Origin: Acanthaster planci
Taxonomy: Eukaryota
Length of the DNA stretch: 64,000 nucleotides
Direction of reading: 5' to 3'
Assembly: GCF_001949145.1 (NCBI RefSeq)
Contig: NW_019091360.1
Coordinates: 1,733,599-1,797,598, forward strand
Below the pieces are notes generated by a model. It had not been told where the DNA came from. It worked only from the letters and a program-made list of their open reading frames with translations, and searched no databases. Of the stretch, positions 25,801 to 37,300 are shown one piece after another (the first letter of the stretch is position 1; each line of letters starts with the position of its first letter). Both the position numbers and the translations under genes were made by a program.

Positions 25801-26421
25801 AATGATCCAAGTGACAATCTCATCACTAAATTCATGTCTCTCATCAAGACAGACAACTAAAACCACATAACAATCAGTGCTGTATTTGACTCCATCACAA
25901 GTCCTTGCAAGTCCCTGTATGTCCATCACAAGTCATTCAGTCTTAAGCCAATTCACAAGCTATTCATATGAGCCGTGACAGAAGCATTCTTTTGTCATTG
26001 TTCATCCTGTTACTTATGACTGACTGGCCTCGTGAAGGGACTTGTGACTGGTCTTGTGAAGGGACTTGTGACTGGACTTGTGATCGACCCGAATACAATA
26101 CTGATAAATATGCAAGTCAAACAATGGTACATGTATCTGTTATATTTTTTTCCAAAACAGAAAACAAAAAAATATACAAGTAAGGAAAGAATAAATGTGA
26201 TTATAATGACACCCCATGACTAAGACCACGGCAGCTCCGGTTTCACTCACCACACTTCCCAGAGTTCCCAGACGACTGAGTTGCTGCTAGATTTTAATGT
26301 GTGATTTTAGTGAGCTAAGCACTTTGCTGTAATGTGGCTCTATTCGGCGGGCTGCAAAGAGAAAAACCTGGAGAAAGTTTCAAGTAATCAACTTACCGGT
26401 CGATTTCTCTCAGCCGAAGCA

Positions 26422-28230
26422 TTACTTCTCTTCTTTGATGTGAAGTGCGGCAGGACTAACAGGCTCCGTGATTAGATCTGTCTTGTCGCTCCGATTGTCG
26501 TTGCAGTCTGAGCCCGTTGGTACTCTGAAAGTCTGGCCGGTGCTGCCGCTTGAAGCAACAGTGTGGCCGGGTGGGCTATATTCTTCACCGTTTTCAGAAG
26601 CCTCCTCCGGTGTTTCGAGATAATTTTCCTGGACATCTGGGCTGGTTGCTGGTGCATCCACGGCTTCTCTGGCTGACAGTTTAGTTCTCTGGCCCCCTGA
26701 GGATTCACTAGCACCACTGTGTGTGTCATGTCTTTGGCTCGTCCCCGACAGTGGCCTGTCTGAAACTGTCCGTGGGGACGTGGGGAAATTTGCCATGGTG
26801 TCCACGTACCCACTGTCCCTGATTTGTAAACTCTTGGACGAGATGCCCCACATGGTCCTGCCGATCCCACTTGGGGCCACGGTTACTACCCTACTGCGAA
26901 CGGGGCTAGGGTGAGGTACAACCAGGCTTGCCTCAAGAAGTCTGGCCTGCTCCTCTGCTTCCTTGTGCCACTGTTGCTCACGATTGTTCTCTACAGCTCT
27001 CTGGCAATATTCTACCTCTTGGAGAGAGTCTGGGGGTTCAATCTTGATGTGCACCTGCTGAGGAGACCTCACAGGTGAAGGATCCTTCCGACCGGAGTAC
27101 TCCCTTGGAGACTCCAGAGCATTGTGTCTGTGTCTTGCTTTTGGTGATTCTCGAACGCTCGGAGAAATCCTGCTCGGAGATCCAACATTTACCTTGGGAG
27201 AGCCCACACTGACACTGAGTAAGTCCATGTGGGGGAATTCCCGACCAGGAGAAGTTCTTGTCTCTGAGGCAGATGCTGGACCTGAGCCTGGCGGCAGAAA
27301 GGGTGAAAGCACTGGAACAGTCTTGGATGAAACGAGCGCCTGAGGTAACGGAATGGTAGGCCTAATGGATATTGTGCCTCCTTGGAAGTTTAGAGATTGG
27401 GGCTTGGTTAAAATTGGGGAGGTTATGACACCAGGGGGCGGGCGGGTTAATTCAGTGGTTGGGTAGGACAAAGCTTTTGATACGTAAGGAGATGTTGAGG
27501 AGCTGCTGGATAAGACAATGCTTGGAATGATGGGACTGGATTTGGAGCTGGAGGGGTTGTCTGGCTGGGTCCTAGCTACTGATAATAAGGATGGGTCAGG
27601 TGGAGGGCGCCCGGTCGGCAGCTTGGAGGAGCTTGAAGACTGTAGGCCCTTAGAGGGATTCAACGTTGGCATCATGGCTGTCGTGGGGACCGGCATGCCG
27701 TGCAGCCGCATCAGATCAAAGAAGGTGTGCGGCACTGGAGGCTGGGGGCACTTCTTAATGCTGGGAGATGCCACAATGAGGCCGGGTGCGGTTGATGGCT
27801 GCTGACTGGACATCAGGTCCAGTGGAGTTTTCTTGGGCGTGATGCCGGCCTGAGGACCCAGCTTCCTGCTGGAGAGGAAGGGATGCAGGCTCCCGTTCCC
27901 TTCGGTAGACATGATGGACGGCCTGCTGTAACCAGACAGGTCCAATGGACTTGACTCCTCCGCAGAGCTCTCCCTCCGGGGTTCCTTCAGCTCGAAGGGA
28001 AAATATGGTGCGGGATGGAACGTCCGCCCGCTGAGATCAAGGGGTACTGTGTTTTCAGTCACTGTTCCAAAACTGCCGAAGCTGGAAGACACCACAAACT
28101 TGGCTTGGCTAGGCCTTGGTGGGGTGGTCTCCACAGGAATGCCACGCTCTGGCATGACATTTAAGAGGTTATTCTGCCAAAGGGGAACAGGTACCTGACT
28201 AGTAGGATCTGTGATCCTGGCCCATGGAAC
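26422..28230 (-). CDS. Last coding exon: PLDLS/PLDLS/PLDLM cluster, IKIEP and IKEE SUMO-like motifs, stop TAA
   Basis: Acceptor tatttaacag|GTT at 28230, 25 codons upstream of and in frame with the 577-aa ORF; 1809 nt including the stop. Confidence 0.92.
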   Translation of the reverse strand, partial: VPWARITDPTSQVPVPLWQNNLLNVMPERGIPVETTPPRPSQAKFVVSSSFGSFGTVTENTVPLDLSGRTFHPAPYFPFELKEPRRESSAEESSPLDLSGYSRPSIMSTEGNGSLHPFLSSRKLGPQAGITPKKTPLDLMSSQQPSTAPGLIVASPSIKKCPQPPVPHTFFDLMRLHGMPVPTTAMMPTLNPSKGLQSSSSSKLPTGRPPPDPSLLSVARTQPDNPSSSKSSPIIPSIVLSSSSSTSPYVSKALSYPTTELTRPPPGVITSPILTKPQSLNFQGGTISIRPTIPLPQALVSSKTVPVLSPFLPPGSGPASASETRTSPGREFPHMDLLSVSVGSPKVNVGSPSRISPSVRESPKARHRHNALESPREYSGRKDPSPVRSPQQVHIKIEPPDSLQEVEYCQRAVENNREQQWHKEAEEQARLLEASLVVPHPSPVRSRVVTVAPSGIGRTMWGISSKSLQIRDSGYVDTMANFPTSPRTVSDRPLSGTSQRHDTHSGASESSGGQRTKLSAREAVDAPATSPDVQENYLETPEEASENGEEYSPPGHTVASSGSTGQTFRVPTGSDCNDNRSDKTDLITEPVSPAALHIKEEK

Positions 28231-28936
28231 CTGTTAAATACATGTGTACAAAAGAAGGAAAATTGAAGAAATTTCGAGCATACTGCAAACCTACACATTA
28301 CAGACAGCTGCCTCATTGACTTCTTGAGGATTTCAGCCACATTTCTGCCAAATAATTCAAAAGCACTCAGAAAAACTGGGACAAATTTCCTTTGGTCTGT
28401 TAATGTAACACTGTGAGAAATACCCCAATGTATTACTCTATTTAGTTTATATGAGAATTCACTGAACTTAATGAAATCAAATCTCCCTTAGAAATTTTGG
28501 GTAAAAGCATTTCCCTCTTGATTGGTAGACAGTATATTGGAAATGAAAGCTGACACTGTAAGAGGAAATGGGAAATCTTGTGAAAAGAATTCCTTTTCAC
28601 ATTCAAACTTCACAAGGCTTCAGCAATCCCATAAAAAAGCATAAACATGCTTGCCCATGTGTAGAAAAAAAAATGTAAAAATGTTTTCTGACCTGTGTGA
28701 CAAGCTATGAAAAATGCCTCATACCGAGTTTCCCACAAATAGAAAAAGTGGTTTCAAATACATGTATTTCCTATTCCCTGATTAACAGTCATTACAATGT
28801 GTACTCTTCCTTTCTGAACCTCTTAACATGTTATTTTCTTCTCACAGCTCATCAAACAAAGCTGAACATATGCAGTCTCTGATACAGTGAACAGACCACT
28901 AAAGGATCTTGAAAGCAGTGTGGTGCATATTCTTAC

Positions 28937-30781
28937 CTCTCTCGGTATCCTTGTAGGAGGCGGGGATGCAGCATCAGGATCAGTGTCTGCGGACTGAGTC
29001 TCAACGGAGGACTGTGAGCCAATCTCGTCCCTGTCATCAGCCTCATTGGCCTGCCGGGTCATGGCCTCCAGCATGCTGCCCTTCCCGTGGCTCTCCATGT
29101 GGCGCTGGGCGGCGATGTGCTGCTCCATCCCACACTTGGTGTTGCACACAAAGTCGCAGTCCGGGCACTGCAGCAGCATGATCTCCCGGCCCGAGCAGCG
29201 ACAGCAGAAGGCAGTGAACAGCTTGCCATACATCCCTGGCAGTTCGCGGGACACTGGCTCCTGGGGGTACAAGGGCTCCCTGGAATTGTTCTTGAGTTTG
29301 ACAGACGTGGACCCCGCACAGTTCGTCCCAACTATTACAATTGGTGGCTTGGATTTGTCTTCGTGGGTCGGGTCTGCTCTGGGGGAGTCTGTATTCCTCT
29401 CTAATACTCGGGATCTCTTCAAGCCTTTCCGATATTTCAGGGTTGATAAATCTTGGGTGTGGCTGTCCAGAACGAGTCCAGCATTTGTCTTTGATGGTTC
29501 TGGGAGGGTGCGAGACCTAATGCCTGACGAGGCTGGGTCTAAGGTCGCAACTGAGACAATTGGGCTGGAGGACTCTTGGGTCATGGGCTGCTGAATCAGC
29601 AATGGCACTGGGGAGCAGCCGTGCGATAAGATGTTCAATGCCTCACTGGTGGGGACACCTAGAGGGGCCCAGCTTGGGATGATGGGTAAAAGCTGACCTT
29701 CGGGACCCATCACCACCCCTGCATTTGATGGGATCATGGGAACCTGCCCTGCTAGGTGTGGAAGGCTTCCTGGCATCGCAACATGAGGTATGTGTATGCT
29801 GGTGGGAGAGTGAGGTATGGGAATACTATTGGTGGGGTTGGGCATTGGAAGAGAGTCTTTCTCAGGGGGCCTACTTGTTGGGGAGGGCACAGGTGTACTG
29901 TCGGTGCTATGCTCAGAGGGGGCCCTCTCAAATCCTCTTCCTAACTGAAGCAGTGCTTTGATGGTTGCATCATCCTGCTCTCGTCCTGGTGGCAGGGACA
30001 ACTTCTCTGAAGAGGAGGAATCCCTGCCACCAGGAGTTGAGGGATTGGAACTGTAGGGGCTGGGGACTTGTAAAGAGGCAGATGGTAAGAGTTTCTTGGA
30101 ACAATCGGGCTCCCGGGCATCCGGGGCGGCAGGGGAGGCCGGATGCTGGTGGATCATGGATGGACTCGGTGGCAAAGAGCGACTCATCTTGAGGCCAGCA
30201 TCTGAGGGGTGCCTGGGGCTTGGTGGAGCACTGTGCATTATGATGGCTGGCGACATTGGCTGGGGGCTGCCCATCGGCAGACTCGGGGCCGGTGAGCCCG
30301 GCATGGACATCTGACCGGGGGAACTTGGGGGTGCCAACGGCGACTGAACAGGTGTGGACCGCTGCGAAGACGATGACTTGGAGCGTGACCTCGGCGGGTA
30401 GAGTCTTATCCCCACCGCTTTCTGCGGTCCCGTGGGTGCAGGTGGCCTGGGCCGAGTCTGCCTCCGCGGTGGTGGAACGTAGACTGTCCTCGGCGCCAGC
30501 GTGGGGTTGCAGGCTAACGGAAACTTTGGTACAGGTTTCAATGACGTGGAACCAGACATGGCCACTTTCTTACACTTCATACAAATGGACAATATTGCAC
30601 TTTCTTGCTGAGAGGCATCCTTGCTCGAATTCGGAGGAATGGGGCTCTGACACATGAAGCATCGTCCAGCCGAGACGTTGTTCCTGTAGCTGTCAATGTC
30701 TGGCTTCTTGAATGGATGTGGACTCTTATTATCCAGGCTCCTCTTGCTATCTGGGGAGTTCCCTGGATCGCTCGAAGGTAC
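28937..30781 (-). CDS. Large internal coding exon: CxxC...CxxC motif, Pro/Ser-rich disordered region, C2H2-type zinc finger
   Basis: Lies within the 668-aa ORF. Acceptor atgcttttaaag|GTA and donor GAG|gtaaga; 1845 nt, phase 0/0. Contains CFMC...CMKC (30661-30572) and CPDC-x12-H-x5-H (29167-29099). Confidence 0.92.
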
Positions 30782-30974
30782 CTTTAAAAGCATTGGGGGA
30801 AACAAGGTGAAACATCCATGATTCAACAACTTCTACATGAGTACACTAAACTGCAACCCTCGCCTGGAAAAATCTTTTGATTTTCCCCCTTGACTTTTCA
30901 ACTTAAAACAATCAATAAGCAATGATACCAAAAAAAAGCTTCTGCAAAAAGGCCGACATTATGAATAAAATTTG

Positions 30975-31214
30975 GGTCATTTTCCAATACTCAACTTCGT
31001 CTCCGTCTCAGGCTTCGTCCCCGAAATCAATCCCTGATTGTGGACCTGAGGCGTTTAGATAAAATTGGATTTCTGTAATTTTTGGCTCTGTTGCATCTTA
31101 TTTGATTTTTGTGGCACTATTAGACTAAATATTGCGCTTCCAGCTTCAAACTCAGGTAGTAAAAAAACAGCTGAAGCCTGAGACGGAGCCGCAGTTGAGT
31201 ATTGGAAAACGGCC
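30975..31214. mobile_element. PIF/Harbinger(Tourist)-like MITE (240 bp) in an intron
   Basis: About 42-bp imperfect TIR GG(T/C)C(A/G)TTTTCCAATACTCAACT.CG.CTCCGTCTCAGGCTTC; 3-bp duplication TTG at 30972-30974 and 31215-31217. Confidence 0.78.
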
Positions 31215-31511
31215 TTGGAATAGAATTGAAATGCTTCCATAACTTTTACTTCTTCTGAGGGCACGAAGTGAGATTTGGAGTAATAATGTTCCATTCCTAC
31301 TAATTTCTTCAATATGTGTTGAGATGAATCTTTTCTAGAGTTTGTTTTTGATATTTGTGCATTTAAAGTCTAGCAAAATGTGCACCAATCAGAACTGACA
31401 TTCGATCTCACGGAATCTAACACCCAAATGGACCAATCAAGGTAGGCTTTTAACAAAACCTCTCCAGGCCTTTCAGAGAGTGACCTAAGTTTGCAGAACA
31501 TGTCAACGCAC

Positions 31512-32114
31512 CTGCAGCAATTTGTTCGGAGAATCTTCTGGTTTAGAGTGAGAGCTCTCAGCACTATCGGCAGAGTGTGGGCTGACGGGCATTCTGTCCT
31601 TTTTGCCATCAGAAGTCTCTTCAGATTTGCTTCGCTCCTTTGCTGCAGACGACTCGTTCGCATTGGCCTGATCGAGTGAGGCACCAGAGCTGACAGGTGA
31701 CGGCACCCGCAGAGGTAGTTTTGGTGGAGTAACATCAAAGTCTAGTATTATAGGCTGTATATGCTTGGCCGGTAATTTAGTCCGGTCAGCTATGAGTCCA
31801 TTGCGGGAAGAGGAGAGTTCAATCATAGCACCTTCTTTTCGAGGCTTCTTGCCGACCCTCTCTGCCCCGTAGCCCATTTTGTGGAGCCCGCCAACCTGTA
31901 GGTCGGTGCTGGGGCGCTTGCGGGCCCGGGAGGGGGCTAGATTGCGGCTGAGGTTGACCGTGAGCTGGCCCGAGGGGAACAGCATGCCCCGCGGGGACAT
32001 GGGGAGGGGCTGAGGCAGCATAAGCATCGGTCGCCACGGGGGCTCCACCAGGCCATCGCTGGGGGCCACGGAAACGGCTGGTGCTGAGGGTTGGTTGTTT
32101 GCATCCCGGATCAG
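31512..32114 (-). CDS. Internal coding exon, Pro/Ser-rich with basic clusters
   Basis: Lies within ORF 31503..32162. Acceptor cttgacttttctgcag| and donor CAG|gtgcgt; 603 nt, phase 0/0; LIRDANNQPS...SPNKLLQ. Confidence 0.9.
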
Positions 32115-33774
32115 CTGCAGAAAAGTCAAGGAACCAAACATTACAATGATCAGACTCTTCATTAAAAGTACAGGTCAAATGGCAGGAGTGAGGTTGGTGA
32201 AAAATGAAATATCTATGAAATGATCACCAGAGATTTGGGGTTACCCACAGCATCAAAGGGTCTTTTGTATACATTTGGATTTTGTCAAAAGGCACCCATT
32301 GAATCACCCATTTCTTGTGTTCTACATCAACTTTCATCAAAAACACCTCACTGGTATACTCAGGACTTTCCAGATTTAAGAGAGATTGCTTGAAAAAAAT
32401 CCTGAAATCAAGAAAATCTTGACATATGGAAAAGTTCTGACAAATCTCGCCCCTGAAATGATCAGTAGCTAGGACACAAAGACCTACCAAGCAACTTTAA
32501 GGCCAGTTTATACATCAACTAAACTTGAAAGCAAAGTGAATTTGAATTCACAACACATCTGCAGCGAAATTCACTTAAGAGGACAAGTCTTGAAACTTTT
32601 AACATATTGGCAGCACAGGTACTCGTACATGTACTTTTGATCTGACATCTTAGTTGCGCATTCGTGTTGGCTTTCACACCAAGTACCCCGGTATTATTGA
32701 ACAATCCTTTGGGCTTCAACACAGATATATTGTGCTTATCCAACGACATACTCCAGTCAAAACAGTGCTGCTGTGAGGATCTCCATTGTTTTAAGGGTTT
32801 GATATGATACGAAGCCTAGTCTCCAGACTTGCCTCTGTCAGGTAAATTTTTCGGTAGTCAACAATTTTAGATGTTGAACACCTTCAGGAAAGAGGTCTGA
32901 GGTTTGGCAACACACCCGGGAAAAAGGATCGCCAAGAATTTGTATTCTTGAAGGGCAAAGTTCAACTAAACCCTCAAAATTGGCTCATCATGCCCTACGC
33001 AAGTTTGTAAGTAACAGAAATAAGGTCAACAGTGAAAGTGGCAATGTTTGAACTTTTACGAACACGTCCACTCTGGACTGATACTTCCAAACCCAACTGG
33101 CAAATTTAAACCCAATTTGACACTTCAAGATGTTCTCTCTACACACCAAGCCAAACGGTTTCGTCTGACAAAACCTGCCGATATATTCCTGGATTGAACC
33201 ACCTCAAGTAACTGAACGCGCAATGGGTAGGAACGACACGGATGTACTACTGCGCCCAAACACAATGTACATGTACATACATATACATGTACAGCCCAAC
33301 AGGAGAAGAATACATGAACGTGGATATCCCAGCTTTGAGAAGGATTCATCTGTTGGCATTGAGAGTAATCTCATTTCCTGCAAAATGAATTGGCTCTGGA
33401 AGGGCACATTGTTCGGTCGTCTGTTCACCGGCAAGCACTATTGGTGCAACTAGTCATCTCCATATCCACTGACTTAAAGATCAAAAAGCTGTCTCCTCCC
33501 ACTCAAATGAACCCGACTTGTTCTGGTGACGTGTGCTGAAGGACGGAAACTCCACAAATTGGGGCAGTTCAAAGAAAACTGAATGCATCTTTGTTTTTGC
33601 CACTAGATGGTCTGTTAACGCAATAAAATCGCATGCAAACTTGCTGAAGGGCTTGCTGTCCAGATCTGAAATGATGAAATACATGTAATTATGCGCACAC
33701 TCTGATGGTCTCTTCGGTATATGCACAGTGTATACATGTACATGAATGTCATGACATTTCGTAATGTTCATGCT

Positions 33775-33846
33775 ATGGGCCCCGAGCTGGACCAAGAGAG
33801 GGTGCTATTTCCTTAGCAACCGGGATTCCTTTGGTACTAACTGCAC
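33775..33846 (-). repeat. Unexpanded dispersed homolog of 45671-45736
   Basis: Reverse complement gtgcagtt..accaaagg..gttgctaaggaaatagcaccct...gtccagctcggggcccat matches the left flank plus first unit of the 26-bp array. Confidence 0.75.
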
Positions 33847-35368
33847 GTTGCTAGTTCATGAACAACTACATGTACATGTAGGACATGCAAGTGTTGTAGC
33901 ATCACTACCAGCAAAATGAATACTCCTGACCAACGCGGCTCTTTTCAACCGATGAGGGGGTGCTTCTGCTCGAGGCAGATAGGTTCACTGAGGAATATGG
34001 CATGTACCGTACATGTGTACACATGCCCTGTGATTTTTGACAGAATGTGCACAAGACTGGCTATAAGCACTGACAGCAGGCAGGTGTATGAAACGTCGGT
34101 TGGCAACACTATTTCAATTGAAAATCAGGGCAATTGAATGTTCCACTTTTACAATGCGCAGCAAAATCGTTTGTCTAAAACAGCCCAAAGGGAACATTTA
34201 AAAACCTTTAGCTGAAGCGCACAAAGTTCACATTCGCCCAAATTGATCGGTGTACAGGCATTTGTTAAATTTAGCTGGGGCAGTTTCCAGACTTTTGGCT
34301 CGAACCGGAGATATTCTAGCCAGCCGTATTAATCCCTCCATGGCGTTTTCTCTGAAATCCAAGTTCAAGTCGGACCCGACTGTCAATACCTCCCTCACAA
34401 AAGCTCCATTTTTTTTTTTATCTTCACAGAACTTCATCGATACTTGTCGAAAAACATTCAGTGCACAAACGCTGCTGAAGTACCCTGTGAACTCGTATGA
34501 CACATACAAATGTTCACACTATCGGTGCATGCAACACAATGAGCTAAAGATATATGGACTGAATGTTGATAAAAGGCCCATTTGCACAAGTGCCTGCGGG
34601 TCCAAAAGTTACACTCATTCCCTAATGCCCTGTCTGTCTGTCTGTTGAGGATTGGCTGATGGCAAACAAAAGGAAGTGTTCCCTTGAACCAGACCACAAA
34701 TGCCGTACATGTAAGGTTATAGTTTAGTCACTTCTGGATCACACTAAAAAGTGGCAAGTGCCACTTCATACAATCCTTGCCAATAATGACCCAATGTTTC
34801 CTGAAATTTGGTTTTCTAGTCCGGGAAAGGATGTCAAAGTTTCTGTTTCTGTGGTTTGAACCACACCCCTCATTCTCAAAACAGGTCACTTATATAACAT
34901 GTATACCCCAGTACGTGCTAATGTTGAAGTGTCTTGGAAAAATGCGGCAGGTCATAGAGAGTGTTTGTGAAAACATGTAAATGATTTTTCTTGGAAAAAA
35001 AAATCTCAACCAAAAAGCAAAACTTGTTCTCTTTTTCTCTATTTGCTCAGCAAACATACAGCTTACTGGTATGCAAGCATATTTAACTGGTGTTTTGCTG
35101 TACACCAGCATGCTGTGTGTTCTTGTGCAACCATACAATGTACTCTGTGAACTTACCGAAAAAACTTTGGTGGCTAGTTGACATGTACATGTACATACAT
35201 GTACTGTGACGGGATGTATCCTCTTACATGTAATACAGGTACCTTGTTTGCTATAAATGCATATTATCTGAGGTCCAATTAGCAAACTTTCCAGGGTTGG
35301 TTACCTTGTTCCGAGTCAATACAGATGGCAATCCTCCCCCCCTTCCCCGTGCAGAGATTCCACACAGG

Positions 35369-35508
35369 GTATGTTTGTTTCATGCGGATCCGGACTGCGA
35401 TCAGTGATCCCACACTGGTTCACTGACACCAGAACTGACCCCTAGGGATGGAGCGAACCAGCTCTGGGATCACTGATCGCGATCCAGATCTGTGTGAAAC
35501 AAACAGAC
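35369..35508. repeat. Palindromic 140-bp MITE-like hairpin
   Basis: Arms of about 55 nt: tgtttgtttca..gatc.gga..gcgatcagtgatccca..ctggttc pairs with gaaccag..tgggatcactgatcgc..tcc.gatc..tgaaacaaaca. Confidence 0.75.
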
Positions 35509-37171
35509 AAAGTGTTTATGAGTTAAAGTGGCTTCAATATTGAGCTACGGTCTGGACGCACTGTTACAGGTAGGTCAACCCACACATGAAAGCATCCAAC
35601 ATGTTGGAATTTGCTCAATTGATATTTACAGTGTAGACAACTTCAAACACTCAGTCAAAGAAATTTGCAAAATATTAGGTCAATTTTTTTTTCTATGATC
35701 AGATAAGGGACAGATTGCTGGTAGCAACAAATGTGCACACCGACACACATCCACACGCAACAACCACACATGACATTCACAATCAAACCCTTGAATACAC
35801 ACATGTACTGTAACAGTAGCAAGTACATGTACAACGTGTACTACTAGTGCACGTAAGGTCAAGTAAAAATTAAACATGTCGGCCATTTTGGTTTTCATTT
35901 TTGCTTTTTATTTTCTAGATTGCAGCCACTTTTTGATATTTTCTGGTGGGGACCACTGGTGTTGCAATGTTCAAAAATAACAAAAAAAAAAAAAAACAAG
36001 TGACGGGCTGGACAAGAAAATTGAACACATTTGAAGACAAGTGGTTTACATCTTTTTTTTGGGGGGGTGCTTGTTTGTTTATTTGTTTTATTTAATTTGT
36101 ATAACAGTTTCAGAAACAAAAAAAAAAGAACCACTGGTACCTGGGCACTTGTGCAATGGTTGTTATAGTGAAGTTTTCATGGCCATGTGGAAACATATTC
36201 AGAGATAATAAATATGGTTGACTGCACCATGTGGAAAGCAATCAACAAAGGCTGATGTTAAAACTTCACGAGTAGTTTATTTTCAGATAGCCTGGTTTAC
36301 AGATTTGCTTCATTCACCTCATTTTTACTGTGGAGTAATTTCAAAAATAAATCCAGGTGGCCGACAAGAAGAAAGCAGGTGGGTACACTCAACATTTTTT
36401 TTTTACTGTGTACACTGTACAAAGAGGCGGCTGTCACCAACCGGTGGTGTAGCCAAAAGAATGTCTTAGGAGCAAACACGACTGACTATTTTTTTACATG
36501 CACAGAATACATTAAAAGGTAACAAGGTCACTCGCTAATAGTTATCACTGAGTTCGTAAGTGTGGCGGGCGCTGTATGTTGTTAGCTAGACAATGAGGCT
36601 TATTGTCATGTGAAATAGCCATTAAATCAAAGCCATGGCATTAATGCTCACCGCTGGCGCCGTGTGGGGCTGTCCCTATTCTGTCAATGCAGTAACGAAG
36701 TGCCTATTCAGACATTCGATCACGGTTCCGTCTGCCCTGAGAGTACTATTAATGAACAGCGCCACCAAGTGTTAGATTGTCCCTTCCCTCCCACAAAAAA
36801 GAAACTTTCCTTGACATGCAGAGGTTAGACTTCCAGCATTCTGAATGATTTGTTGTATTTGATACGGGTGTTTTGTTTTATGCATTTGTTTTTGGGGAGT
36901 TGTGCTTTCATATTTATATTGATATTGTAAAATCTTATGTTTATGCATGTTGCATCTCAATCGTTAACACTGTTCATTACAATCTTATTGAAGGTGAGGT
37001 ATTTTCTGTCATAGAACTTAAAGGATTTGCTGAATGGTTCAAATTCAAGATAACAATGGGATACCACTGATGACTGTCGGAACAATTTCCCAACTGGAGA
37101 GGTGCACACATTTCTCTACGTCAGATCTACACCGACCCCAGCGAGCTTTTACTTCTCACGCGAGCTCTTAC

Positions 37172-37300
37172 CTGGTCGGCGGCAAATGCTTGTCCGTTCT
37201 CTGTTTCCTTCCATTCCTGGATGGCGCGCTTCTTGACCGGTTTCAGCATCACTGGCGAGGGCTCTCTGCTGTCACCGTCGGACTGCACGGTCATCAATGA
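37172..37300 (-). CDS. Internal coding exon of the same gene (not in the ORF track)
   Basis: Acceptor ttttgtgtcttacttgtag| and donor CAG|gtaaga; 129 nt, phase 0/0, open: SLMTVQSDGDSREPSPVMLKPVKKRAIQEWKETENGQAFAADQ (NLS-like KPVKKR). Phase matches both neighbouring exons. Confidence 0.85.

Larger units (their letters stand above)
20199..26421 (-). other. Probable 3' UTR region of the large gene, including a 3'-UTR intron starting at 26396
   Basis: Perfect donor CCG|gtaagt 25 nt after the stop; candidate acceptor ctcaatttgcag|G at about 25704. U-rich sense strand with five UGUAHAUA motifs, and AATAAA at 20204-20199 followed by a GU/U-rich tract. The extent is inferred. Confidence 0.5.

Noticed and set aside
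25890..26085. Short GGACTTGTGA/TCACAAGTCC repeats and the CDWSCEGT-repeat ORF
   Set aside because: A small 12/24-bp tandem repeat inside the inferred 3'-UTR intron, with no coding evidence.
26472..30787. Numerous overlapping + strand and alternate-frame ORFs
   Set aside because: They are shadows of the GC-rich real coding exons.
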